Positions 1 through 8,841 of a stretch of DNA of 52,795 nt are shown one piece after another. A program made the position numbers and the translations under genes. Positions within the stretch are counted from its first letter, which is position 1. Every line of letters starts with the position of its first letter. The DNA comes from a virus (lineage: Duplodnaviria; Caudoviricetes), in IMG/VR virus record IMGVR_UViG_3300037756_000059, positions 1 through 52,795 of that record; one strand, given 5' to 3'. The notes beneath the pieces were generated by a model that was not told the origin of the DNA, did no database searches, and was given only the letters and a program-made list of their open reading frames with translations.

Positions 1-1806
1 AGGCATGTCCACGAGCAGGTTGGTGAAGGCGCCCGTGGTGCCCAGGATGCGCAGCGACTCCTCGGAGACGTTACGGATCGGGTAGCCGAACCGGAACAGG
101 ACGCCGACCTTCCAGAACGTGTTGAAGACGTCCAGCATGTCGGTCGTGATGGCCTTGGTCTTGGCCCACTTCGCCTTGAACGAGTTCTTCATGGCGTCGC
201 CGTAGATGGTGAGGAAGCGGTCCATGTCCTTCGCGCCCACCGGCACGACCCAGTTCTCCAGTTGCGTCAGAGAGACTGGCATGTCGACGTGGTAGACCCC
301 GTTGCCCTCGGCGTACGTGTAGCGCCGGAAGTCGTCGACGTCGACGCCCGCCTCCTTGGCGTTCAGTGCGCGCTTGCGCATGTCGGCGAAGAACTCGCCC
401 TGGCGCCCCTTGACCTGCTGCAGGATGGCCAGCGCCTGGTCGGACGTGAAGCCGTGCTTGATGGCCACGGCCTCCACGCTCAGGTCCGCGATCTGGTGCG
501 CGGTGATGCGGCGCTCGGCGTCGTTCCGCGTCGAGGCCGCCTTGTTCAGCAGCTCGCGGCGCATCGTCTCGAAGTCGTCGAACCCCTTGTTGCCGGCGAA
601 CGCGTTCAGCGTGTCGGCGTCGCCGACGGCTCGGGCCATCTCGTCGAGGACGCGTGGCGCCTGAGTCTGCAGCGACTGGTGACCGGACAGGTCGATGGCC
701 GAAGCGCGCTTGGCCCAAGGCGTCCTGGGGACGTGGACAACCGTCGCAGCCACGCCGGCCGCGTTGGACGGCCGCATGGTGCGAGAGGTTATCTTGTTGT
801 AGGTCGACCTCTTCGGCTTGAACTGGCCGAGGCGCAGCAGGTCCACGTCGGCCCCGTCGAGCGTGGCGTTCATGAACCGGTTGTAGGAGTCGTAGGTGCG
901 AAGCTGCATGTCGAGCATCTCGCCCTTGTCCGCCATCTCCGTGGCGGTCTCCCGGTGCGCGCGCACGCGCGCCCAACGGTCGGCCGCAGCGATGACGCTC
1001 CCCTGCCGCATCTCTGCGGTGGCCAGCTGCGACTCGATGTCCTCCTTGAGGCGCAGCGCGTGCAGGTCGGCGGACAGCAGTTGCGACTGCTGGGACGTGG
1101 AGTAGTACAGGGCGTCCTGCAGCTCCTTGCGCTCCATCAGCTTGGCCCGTGCGGCGCCGTTGCCCATCATCGTGGCGACGCCGTCCTCGAACAGCGCGTC
1201 GTCGTAGGCGAACGTGCCGTCCGGCTTGCGCTTGAACGTAGACGTGGAGGTGGCCTTGTCCCAGTCGATGGGGCGGGCGATCGAGACCTCGCGGAACAGG
1301 TCGGCCGCGAGCAGGTCGTCCTTGAGCGCCGGCACTTCGTCGGCCAGGCGCACGGCGTCCCAGTGCTCCGGGTCCTGCCGCACCTTGTCGCGCAGCTCGT
1401 ACATGTTGTTGCGCAGCGCCACGGCCCGCTGACCGATGGGGTCAAGCGGGGAGATCCGGGAACGGGCCTGGTCCCACTGGGCAGACGGCGTGGACACGAT
1501 GTGCTGGATCCGGCGGCGAGCGCCGGCCGGCATCTTGTTCCAGTCCGCTCGGAGCACGGCGGTGGACGCGCCCACGGCGCGGCCGGCGATCACGAGGGGG
1601 TCGAGGTACCAGCGGATCACGAAGTCCGTGGCGCCAGACACCGAGTTGTACATCCATGACGAGTCTCGCAGTTCGCGGTAGCCCTGGTTCACGGGGTTCC
1701 CGAACTCGTCGAAGCCGTCGGCGTACCACTCGTCGGCCTCGCCGGGCTCGGCCAGTGCGAGGTCCGCGACGGCCTGGCCGGGCGTGACGTTCTCGGCGCG
1801 GTCCCA
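1..1806. repeat. Terminal redundancy, copy 1 (matches 50990-52795)
   Basis: Constant offset of 50989; the ORF track repeats in both copies; 3 substitutions noticed (1735, 1744, 1756). Confidence 0.97.
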
Positions 1807-2577
1807 GGCTTCGCGCCAGTTGCTGCCGTCCATCAGCTCGTCGACTTCGGGCAGGCGGCCCTGCGTCAGGTCGCCCTTGGTGGTGGCCAGCATCTGGCCC
1901 GTGGCGGACATCGGGCGGGCGATGTACGGCTGGTACACCTCGCGCTCGACCCACTCGAAGGGCTCCATGGCGCGGTTCGCCCAGTCGCGGCCCTGGTAGC
2001 GCTGGTACGCCTGGATCAGGTCAGGCTCCCACTCGCCGGTCTGCAGCGCGCGACGGGCCGCACCCACGAGCCCAGGCTCCAGGTCGGCGTCGTGCTGCAG
2101 GCCGCCGATGTCGCTGTCCTGGCTGTCCTGCGCTTCGAGCCAGGCGCGTTCGGTACGGTTGAGGCCGGTCTCCTCGTCCACGCCGGAGAGGGCGTCCCAG
2201 ACGCCGCCGAGGGCGTCGCCGATCTTCGAGCCCAGGAACGAGTACTTGTCCCCTATCTTGGAGGGGTCGGGGGCCCAAAAGTCCCCCCAGTCCTGGATCG
2301 GGTTCGGACGTGCGGGCGTGGGAAGCGGGGTGGTCTGACCGGCCTCAACCGGCATCTGGAGGCCCTGCTGGGCCACCGAGTCTAGCCAGCGTCGCTGGTT
2401 CTCCTCGTCGGTCATGGTCTGGACGGAGTTGAGCATGTCCTCGTACGTGGTCGGCGCCACGGGCGCGGAGCCGAGGTCGATGGCCGCCCCGTACGCGGGT
2501 TCCGGCTGTGCCGGGCTCACGCTGGCACCCGCGAGGGTGCCGACACGGTTCATCCACCAGGGGGCGTACTCAGCCAC
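1..2577 (-). CDS. N-terminal part of a ~1718 aa putative internal virion/ejection protein (continues across the circular junction to 48410)
   Basis: GTG at 2577 after a GAGGAG SD; in frame with ORF 48410..52681 via the terminal overlap; begins MAEYAPWWMNRVG. Confidence 0.8.
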   Translation of the reverse strand, partial: MAEYAPWWMNRVGTLAGASVSPAQPEPAYGAAIDLGSAPVAPTTYEDMLNSVQTMTDEENQRRWLDSVAQQGLQMPVEAGQTTPLPTPARPNPIQDWGDFWAPDPSKIGDKYSFLGSKIGDALGGVWDALSGVDEETGLNRTERAWLEAQDSQDSDIGGLQHDADLEPGLVGAARRALQTGEWEPDLIQAYQRYQGRDWANRAMEPFEWVEREVYQPYIARPMSATGQMLATTKGDLTQGRLPEVDELMDGSNWREAWDRAENVTPGQAVADLALAEPGEADEWYADGFDEFGNPVNQGYRELRDSSWMYNSVSGATDFVIRWYLDPLVIAGRAVGASTAVLRADWNKMPAGARRRIQHIVSTPSAQWDQARSRISPLDPIGQRAVALRNNMYELRDKVRQDPEHWDAVRLADEVPALKDDLLAADLFREVSIARPIDWDKATSTSTFKRKPDGTFAYDDALFEDGVATMMGNGAARAKLMERKELQDALYYSTSQQSQLLSADLHALRLKEDIESQLATAEMRQGSVIAAADRWARVRAHRETATEMADKGEMLDMQLRTYDSYNRFMNATLDGADVDLLRLGQFKPKRSTYNKITSRTMRPSNAAGVAATVVHVPRTPWAKRASAIDLSGHQSLQTQAPRVLDEMARAVGDADTLNAFAGNKGFDDFETMRRELLNKAASTRNDAERRITAHQIADLSVEAVAIKHGFTSDQALAILQQVKGRQGEFFADMRKRALNAKEAGVDVDDFRRYTYAEGNGVYHVDMPVSLTQLENWVVPVGAKDMDRFLTIYGDAMKNSFKAKWAKTKAITTDMLDVFNTFWKVGVLFRFGYPIRNVSEESLRILGTTGAFTNLLVDMP

Positions 2578-2587
2578 TGTGCTCTCC

Positions 2588-3004
2588 TCAGGATTGCGCC
2601 ATCCTCGCTTCGAGCTGGCGCACCATCTGCTTGGTTGCCTTAGAGGCCTCCGGCCGCGACGCCAGAGCCTTCATGAGTCCGAAGTAGGATCGGATGTTGA
2701 GGATGTCCTCCTCGGGCGGGACGCGTGGGCCGCGCGGTGTGACCGCGCCGGCCGTCACGGGCTGCTCGGGGAACTGGGTCGGCGCCCCGATGGGCGTGAT
2801 GCCGGTCGCGTCGACGGGCTGCGCCTGGGCCATGTCCGCGCCCTGCTGCATCTCGCGGAACTCCTTGGCCTCGCCGTACGAGGCGTCAGGCAGCTCGCGG
2901 ATGGGCTGCCCTGGGCCGCCGTCGGTGCGCTGGCTCAGGGCGCCGGGGCCACTCACTGGTGCCGGGCTTGCGGGTCGGCGGTAGCCGCCGTGTCCGTTTG
3001 CCAT
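2588..3004 (-). CDS. Hypothetical protein (morphogenesis region)
   Basis: 138 aa ORF with ATG, packed between neighbours downstream of the portal. Confidence 0.75.
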   Translation of the reverse strand: MANGHGGYRRPASPAPVSGPGALSQRTDGGPGQPIRELPDASYGEAKEFREMQQGADMAQAQPVDATGITPIGAPTQFPEQPVTAGAVTPRGPRVPPEEDILNIRSYFGLMKALASRPEASKATKQMVRQLEARMAQS

Positions 3005-3216
3005 TCGTCAGGCACCCCCTTCAAGGTTTCGAGCTGTGCAGAGGCCTTCGCCTGCACCTTTACAAGGCCAGCCTTGTATTTCTCGGCCGCCTTGAGGTGC
3101 CGAGAGACGATGGTCGGAAACCACTTGAACTCCTCGACCACGTCGGCGGTCTGCTGGAGCAGGTCCGAGGCGAGGGAACGCCAGGAGAACGCCTGGTTGC
3201 GGGGTCCGACGTACAT
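2953..3216 (-). CDS. Hypothetical protein
   Basis: 87 aa ORF, AGGAGG SD upstream, directly after the portal stop. Confidence 0.7.
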   Translation of the reverse strand: MYVGPRNQAFSWRSLASDLLQQTADVVEEFKWFPTIVSRHLKAAEKYKAGLVKVQAKASAQLETLKGVPDEWQTDTAATADPQARHQ

Positions 3217-3229
3217 GTTACCTCCTGGG

Positions 3230-5095
3230 TTACAGTTCGTTCATCCGCCGCGTCTGGACCGAGGCGTTGGCGTCGCCGGCCTGGTTGAGGCTGGACATCA
3301 GCATCTGCAGGCCGCCCGGCGGAGCGGCGCCACCGCCAGGTGCGCCGCCGGGGGCGGCCCCCTGCGGTGTGGCGCCCAGCTCCTGCATGGCGGCCTCGAT
3401 GGGGTTATTGGCCGCGACCTGCTGCTGTTGCGCCTTCTGGGCCTCCAGCTCTTCCTTGGTCGGCTCCAGCGCCTTGATCAGGGCCTCGACGTTGCTCAGG
3501 CCCCTGGCGCGGTTCTTGTGCCAGCGAGCCAGCTGCCGCAGCATCTGCGTCGGGTCCTGGCCCATCTGGGCCATGGCCGGGAACGAGGCGGCCCACTGCT
3601 GGATGCCCGCCTTGAGCGCGTCGTCGGCGTCCTCGTCGTCGACGGCCTTGGCCAGATCGTCGGCCGAGGCGTTGAACGCCTTCGCGTACTGTTCGCGCAC
3701 CACGCGCCGAGGGATCTCCTTGTCGCCGCGCAGCTGCAGGGCGAAGATGAGGCCCCGCTGGGCGTCCATGCCGTAGGCCAGGCCGTACGACACCTTCACC
3801 GAGTAGTTGCCGGCGATGTCCTTGTCCGGCGTGTAGGACTCCACGAAGGGGGCGCCGTCGGCGTCACCCTCGATGTCCTGGTCCTTCTCCGGCCACAGCG
3901 CTTCGTCGAGGCGCAGCGCGTACGAGGAGGCGTCCTTGAGGACGATGGCGATCAGGTCCTGGTAGGTCTGGACCTGCGAGTCGATGGTGCCGAGCAGCTC
4001 CTTGACGCCCTGGCCGGTGATGACCGAGGCGTCGATGTTGCCCGAGCGTCCCTCGGGGAAGCGCGCAGCCGTGCGCGCCTCCTGCGCCAGGGCCTCGTTC
4101 TCGGCGAACACGCCCGGAGGCATGTCGAGCCGGACGCGTTCCACGGCGTTGGCGGCGGTGGAGTCCGTCTGGATCTTGGCGTTCGGGCCGTAGCGGAACT
4201 CGGTGACGTCCTTCGGCATGCGGATCGGGGCGTTGATGGACTTGTGCGCGGCCTCGATCGTGAACGTGGCCATGCGCGCGCGAGCCACCTGCACCCAGAG
4301 CGCCTGGTCGTAGTTGCCGGCGGCCGGGCCCTCGCCCCACCAGGGCAGCTCGGCCAGGAACACCGGCACGACGCCGGGCGTCGGGTTCGGCGCCGAGACG
4401 GTGGCTAGGCCGTCCTTGCCGGGCAGGAACATGCACATCTTGTGCTCGTCGTAGTACCGGACGACCTCGACCATCTCGTTGTCGGTGTTGGGGTCCCACG
4501 CCAGGTCGTAGATGCCCAGGCGGTCCACGCTCTTGCCGTACTTGATGCGGTACTTCAACTCGGGGAACTTGGCCACCAGGTCGGCCACGGACTCGTACCA
4601 GGACTCGAAGAAGGTGACGACCCGCCCGAAGGCGTCGGTCGTCCAGTAGGCGCCCTTGGGGCTCGCCGGCCGGAACTTGATGCGCTGCTCGTTGAAGTCT
4701 GCGGAGACCACGATGGCCAGGGCGCCGAACGAGACGAAGCGGTCGCAGGCCGTGTACATGCCCTTCTGCAGCCGGGAGCGGTCCATCATGTCGATGAGGA
4801 TGCGGGTCCGCTTGGCGGCCTGCTCGCGTGAGCCCGCGATGCCGGGCTTGCCGGCGCGGGCGTGCACCTCGGGGAGCTGCCCCAGCAGCTCGCCCAGGTC
4901 CCTGGCGGCCAGGTCGACGACGTTGGCCACGATCTGCTTGGGGAAGCGCTTGGGGAACAGGCCCGGCATGAGCTTGTCCACCTCGCCCGCGCGGGCCAGC
5001 GCGACGGTGTGGCAGCGCTCGTCGCGCGTGGCGAACCGGTGCTTGGCGTTGCCATACGCGGCAAGCAAGTCACCGTAGAACTCAACGTTTGCCAT
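3230..5095 (-). CDS. Portal protein
   Basis: ~620 aa, follows terminase with TGATG coupling; Q/P/G-rich low-complexity tail as in podovirus-type portals. Confidence 0.85.
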   Translation of the reverse strand: MANVEFYGDLLAAYGNAKHRFATRDERCHTVALARAGEVDKLMPGLFPKRFPKQIVANVVDLAARDLGELLGQLPEVHARAGKPGIAGSREQAAKRTRILIDMMDRSRLQKGMYTACDRFVSFGALAIVVSADFNEQRIKFRPASPKGAYWTTDAFGRVVTFFESWYESVADLVAKFPELKYRIKYGKSVDRLGIYDLAWDPNTDNEMVEVVRYYDEHKMCMFLPGKDGLATVSAPNPTPGVVPVFLAELPWWGEGPAAGNYDQALWVQVARARMATFTIEAAHKSINAPIRMPKDVTEFRYGPNAKIQTDSTAANAVERVRLDMPPGVFAENEALAQEARTAARFPEGRSGNIDASVITGQGVKELLGTIDSQVQTYQDLIAIVLKDASSYALRLDEALWPEKDQDIEGDADGAPFVESYTPDKDIAGNYSVKVSYGLAYGMDAQRGLIFALQLRGDKEIPRRVVREQYAKAFNASADDLAKAVDDEDADDALKAGIQQWAASFPAMAQMGQDPTQMLRQLARWHKNRARGLSNVEALIKALEPTKEELEAQKAQQQQVAANNPIEAAMQELGATPQGAAPGGAPGGGAAPPGGLQMLMSSLNQAGDANASVQTRRMNEL

Positions 5096-7041
5096 CAGTC
5101 CCACCACGAATCGTAGATGCCAGGGTCGTAGCCGTTCGGAATCCCGATCAGCTCTGTGTGCTGCAGCCGCTCATCCAGCTCGGTGTCGAAGTAGTCCCGG
5201 ACGAAGCCGGTGTCCTCGTCGCCCTTGTACGACACGATCAGCTCTCGAGCGCGGATCTCGGCGAACCACCAGGCCATCAGGATGTCGGTCTTGCCCTTGG
5301 TCTCGGGGAAGAACGTGGCCGCCTGCTCGACGAACTGGCGGACCTGCTCCTTGTACTTGGGATTCGGCAGCTCGATCTGGGCGTTGTCCTTGGCGATGAG
5401 GCCGGACATGCCCATGACCCCGGCGATCGGGTCCCACTTGTTCTTGCCGGAGGTCTGGTGCGGGGACAGGATGCAGCCCATGTTGGCCAGGTCGGTGACG
5501 ATCTCCCGGTCCTGCATGATCCAGTTGGACAGCAGGACGGATTCGACGCGCCACTCCTTGACGCTGTACAGCTTCGTCCACGGGATGATGGTGGCACGGA
5601 ACTGCACTGGGGTCATGTGCGCCCGGTTCTCGACGTCGAGCAGGTACCGGAAGGCCTCGGGACGGTGCACGCCGTACACCACGAACGCGGTGTGGCCAGA
5701 CGACGCCGGGTCGATGCCGCCGATCACGTACAGGTCGTCCATGGTGGGCCGCCCCCTGGCGGCCTCCGCCATCGAGGTGGTGAGCGGGCCGGGCTTGCGG
5801 TCCTTGTTGACCACGGCCATCAGCTGCTCGCGCGGGAAGATGGCCGCGTCCTCAAGGTCGCCCTGCTGGTAACCTTGGATCCAGGCGTGCTCGCCAACGA
5901 CGTCGCGTCGCTTGGCGAGGCGGGGCCCGGACCACATCTCGTAGGTGCCGTCCTCGGCGGGCTCGGCGTCGTCGCCGAGCTGCGGCTGGTTCGAGCGGGG
6001 CCACAGCGTGACCCAGTCCCTGGGGTCCTCGGCGTACTCAAGCACCGCAGGCTGGGCGAAATACGTCCAGGCCGGCTTTACACCAGGGGCGTACCTGTCG
6101 GGGTTTCGCAACTCCTTGTACAGGTCGATCTGCGCCACGCGGGAGCCGATGACCAGGACCTTGCCCATGGCGCCCACGCGGGTGGCCACCATGCGAGTTA
6201 TCCAGTTGAACTGCTTGTCAACCTCAAGATAGTTTTCAGTATCAACGCAGTCGTCGAGGATGAACACGGTGCCGCGCTTGCCGTAAATCTGGCCCTTGAT
6301 CCCGACCGCCTGGACGGTCGGGTCCTTGGCCATCTGCTTGCGCAGCTTGGGTCCGAAGCGGATCCGGTACTGCGACCACTCGGTGCAGGCCTTCTCGTAG
6401 CCCTCCTCGGGACCGAAGTCGTCCTGCAGGTCCGAGAACGTGGGGTTCGTCAAGAACTCCTTGATGCCGGACAGGAAGTCCGCCGCCATCTCCCGGTTCT
6501 TGGAGACGATGGTGATCAGCTGTTCGGGGTCCTTGAGGATCTTCCAGGTGACCCAGGCCATGGTGACCGTGGAGGTCTTGGCGTGCTCGGGCGGCGTGTT
6601 GACGATGATGTGCGTCCACTCGGCCGGCTCCCAGATCTGGCTGGGGTGCAGGTCGCGGGGCTCGCGGTTCTCCAGGACGTCGAACCACTGCAGCTGGTGC
6701 CAGTGCAGGCGCCAGCCCAGGTACCTCTCGCAGAACTCGGGGAAGTCGGGGACCTCCGGGCGGCCCTCCGTGCGAGCCCGAGACAGGCGACCGCTCACGC
6801 GGTCGGCCTGCTCCTTGAACTCGGGGTAGCGTTGCCGCCACTTCTCGTACGTGGACTCCGAATAGCCGACGAGGCGCATGGCCTCGGCCACCGTGTGGCC
6901 CTCGGAGCGGCGCTCAAGGAACTTGGCCTGGGCCAGCTCGCGGTTCAGCCTCGTGTGCTTGGTGCCGCCCGGAGCCCCACCGTTCTCGGTGGGCTCCTTG
7001 CGGCGCGGGCCACGCTCGGCTTCGACGCGAATCCTAGCCAT
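5095..7041 (-). CDS. terL: Terminase large subunit with N-terminal HTH-like extension
   Basis: Walker A-like PPEHAKT, Walker B FILDD, YQQ motif, nuclease GIDPA and C-terminal TDILMAWWF. Confidence 0.92.
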   Translation of the reverse strand: MARIRVEAERGPRRKEPTENGGAPGGTKHTRLNRELAQAKFLERRSEGHTVAEAMRLVGYSESTYEKWRQRYPEFKEQADRVSGRLSRARTEGRPEVPDFPEFCERYLGWRLHWHQLQWFDVLENREPRDLHPSQIWEPAEWTHIIVNTPPEHAKTSTVTMAWVTWKILKDPEQLITIVSKNREMAADFLSGIKEFLTNPTFSDLQDDFGPEEGYEKACTEWSQYRIRFGPKLRKQMAKDPTVQAVGIKGQIYGKRGTVFILDDCVDTENYLEVDKQFNWITRMVATRVGAMGKVLVIGSRVAQIDLYKELRNPDRYAPGVKPAWTYFAQPAVLEYAEDPRDWVTLWPRSNQPQLGDDAEPAEDGTYEMWSGPRLAKRRDVVGEHAWIQGYQQGDLEDAAIFPREQLMAVVNKDRKPGPLTTSMAEAARGRPTMDDLYVIGGIDPASSGHTAFVVYGVHRPEAFRYLLDVENRAHMTPVQFRATIIPWTKLYSVKEWRVESVLLSNWIMQDREIVTDLANMGCILSPHQTSGKNKWDPIAGVMGMSGLIAKDNAQIELPNPKYKEQVRQFVEQAATFFPETKGKTDILMAWWFAEIRARELIVSYKGDEDTGFVRDYFDTELDERLQHTELIGIPNGYDPGIYDSWWD

Positions 7042-8809
7042 GGTCAAAGATCTCCTTGAGCTTGCGCTCCTTGACGTGATCCGGGTCTGGATTGTGCACG
7101 GTGTTCAGCGGCGGACGCTCCAGCCCGATCAGGTTCGCCTCGTACTCCAGCGCCTGCGAGCGCGTGGGGAACGACTCGGCGATCGACATCGTCACGCCCT
7201 TGCGCGCCAGGTGCTTGCGCTTCTTGGAGTCCAGGTGCTCCGTCGCGCGGCGCAGCCCGTCGTTCGAGATGCCCGCGTAGATGAGGGCGTTCCCGGCCAG
7301 CGCGTAGCGCCACTCGTACAGGATGTGCTCCTGCTCCTCCAGGCGGGCGGACCACTTGTCGGCCATGAACTCGTCGCGAGTCTCGACCTCCGGCGGGAGG
7401 ACGCCCTGCGCGATCGTGATCGTGTCGGCGTCCGGCACCCAGACCGAGCGGAAGCGCTCGTAGCCGGCGCCGAACTCCAGGTGCGCGTAGCCCATGCCCG
7501 GCGTCTCGTCCGAGATGTTCGAGCAGCGGGCCCCGAGCCCTTCGGCGTCCTGGCCGAGCACCACGCCGGTCATGGCCGGCGACTCGGTGCGCAGTACCAG
7601 CTTCTGCACGAACATGCGTCGCAGCGTGCCGACCGTGTCCTGCTGCGGGACCTGAGTCGACGCCCACACGGACACGCCAGCGGCGCGGCCCTCGTTGAGG
7701 ATCCGGCGCAGCGGGTTCATGCGGTTGTTGGCCAGTACGTTGTCCAGAGCCAGCAGCTCGTCGAGGATCAGTATCTCGTAAGGGGCCTCGGGTGTGGGCA
7801 CGTGGACACGCGCAGTACCGTCGATCGCCGCGAGGCGACCAAGCATGAGGGTACTGAGCCGGGCGATCATCTGCTCGGCGGGCTTGCCGGGATCGTCGCA
7901 GTACTCGTGAACGAGGGGCGAGCCCTTGAGTACCGAGAACTCGGCCCCACCCTTGGGGTCGAGTACCCAGAGCCGGAACGGTACCTGGCCGGCGATGAGG
8001 GACGCGATCAGCGCCCACACGGTACTGGACTTGCCCGCGCCCGACATCCCGACCACCAGCAGGCTCTTGCCGAGCGATACTGTGGCGGGAGTGCCGGACT
8101 CGGTGAGCCCGAAGGCCACCTTGCCCGTGGGCGCTAGCGGAAGGCGCGCCAGTGGCACTGTCTGAGCGAGGGGGTCCGCCCAGCGGAAGTGCAGCGACCC
8201 CACGGACGGGATCTCGGACGGCACCACCTGCACGAAGCGGCAGTCCTCTATGGAAGTGGCGATCTTGACGCTGTTCCGCGCCACAGTCTCGATGGGCACG
8301 CCCACGTTCATGGTGTTGATGCGCGCGGTGAGACCGAACTCGGTGAACTCCAGCTCGTTGAGGATCGGGATCTCGGCGTCGGCGCCCTGACCCATCATGA
8401 GCCCGGCGTTCTCGGCGGCGTTGGGCCAGTCCCGGTTCAAGATCCGGTAGCGACGGATCCGCTCGCGGAGAGCGTGGCGCCAAACTAGCCCCCCCTTCGG
8501 GGGGGCTAAAGCCCTTTTAATTATCTTCCGCCATCGCCAAACGCGCAATACCCCCAGGGGTAGCGCCCATACCCCCCCGAGGTACACCAGGTACCCAAGG
8601 GGGGTAGGGCCTACCGCTACGACCCAGCCGCGAGTGATCACGAGCGCCAGTAGCAACAGGCCAGCGATCGACGCCGGACGGCTGATCAGCTTCCAGCCGT
8701 AGTACGCGATGCCCCAATAGATCAAGTTGCCCTGTATCCAACCCACCAGGTTGGCCCACAGGTGATCTTGCGGCCGCGTAGAGGCCTTGACAGTGTGAAC
8801 AACGCCCAT
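7034..8809 (-). CDS. TraB/FtsK-SpoIIIE-like DNA translocase with N-terminal TM helices and a C-terminal GIY-YIG-like domain
   Basis: Hydrophobic N-terminus; GMSGAGKS, LDPKGGAEF, ILILDE, STQ; C-terminal LYEW..IYAGISND..RR.TEH..FPTR.QALEYE..LI..ERPPLN. Confidence 0.88.
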   Translation of the reverse strand: MGVVHTVKASTRPQDHLWANLVGWIQGNLIYWGIAYYGWKLISRPASIAGLLLLALVITRGWVVAVGPTPLGYLVYLGGVWALPLGVLRVWRWRKIIKRALAPPKGGLVWRHALRERIRRYRILNRDWPNAAENAGLMMGQGADAEIPILNELEFTEFGLTARINTMNVGVPIETVARNSVKIATSIEDCRFVQVVPSEIPSVGSLHFRWADPLAQTVPLARLPLAPTGKVAFGLTESGTPATVSLGKSLLVVGMSGAGKSSTVWALIASLIAGQVPFRLWVLDPKGGAEFSVLKGSPLVHEYCDDPGKPAEQMIARLSTLMLGRLAAIDGTARVHVPTPEAPYEILILDELLALDNVLANNRMNPLRRILNEGRAAGVSVWASTQVPQQDTVGTLRRMFVQKLVLRTESPAMTGVVLGQDAEGLGARCSNISDETPGMGYAHLEFGAGYERFRSVWVPDADTITIAQGVLPPEVETRDEFMADKWSARLEEQEHILYEWRYALAGNALIYAGISNDGLRRATEHLDSKKRKHLARKGVTMSIAESFPTRSQALEYEANLIGLERPPLNTVHNPDPDHVKERKLKEIFDHG

Positions 8810-8841
8810 GATGATCAATGCCCCCGGATGCTGGGAGTGCG

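Noticed and set aside
1-1806. Biological direct terminal repeat
   Set aside because: Both ends fall mid-gene and the copies differ by synonymous SNPs; better explained as assembly overlap
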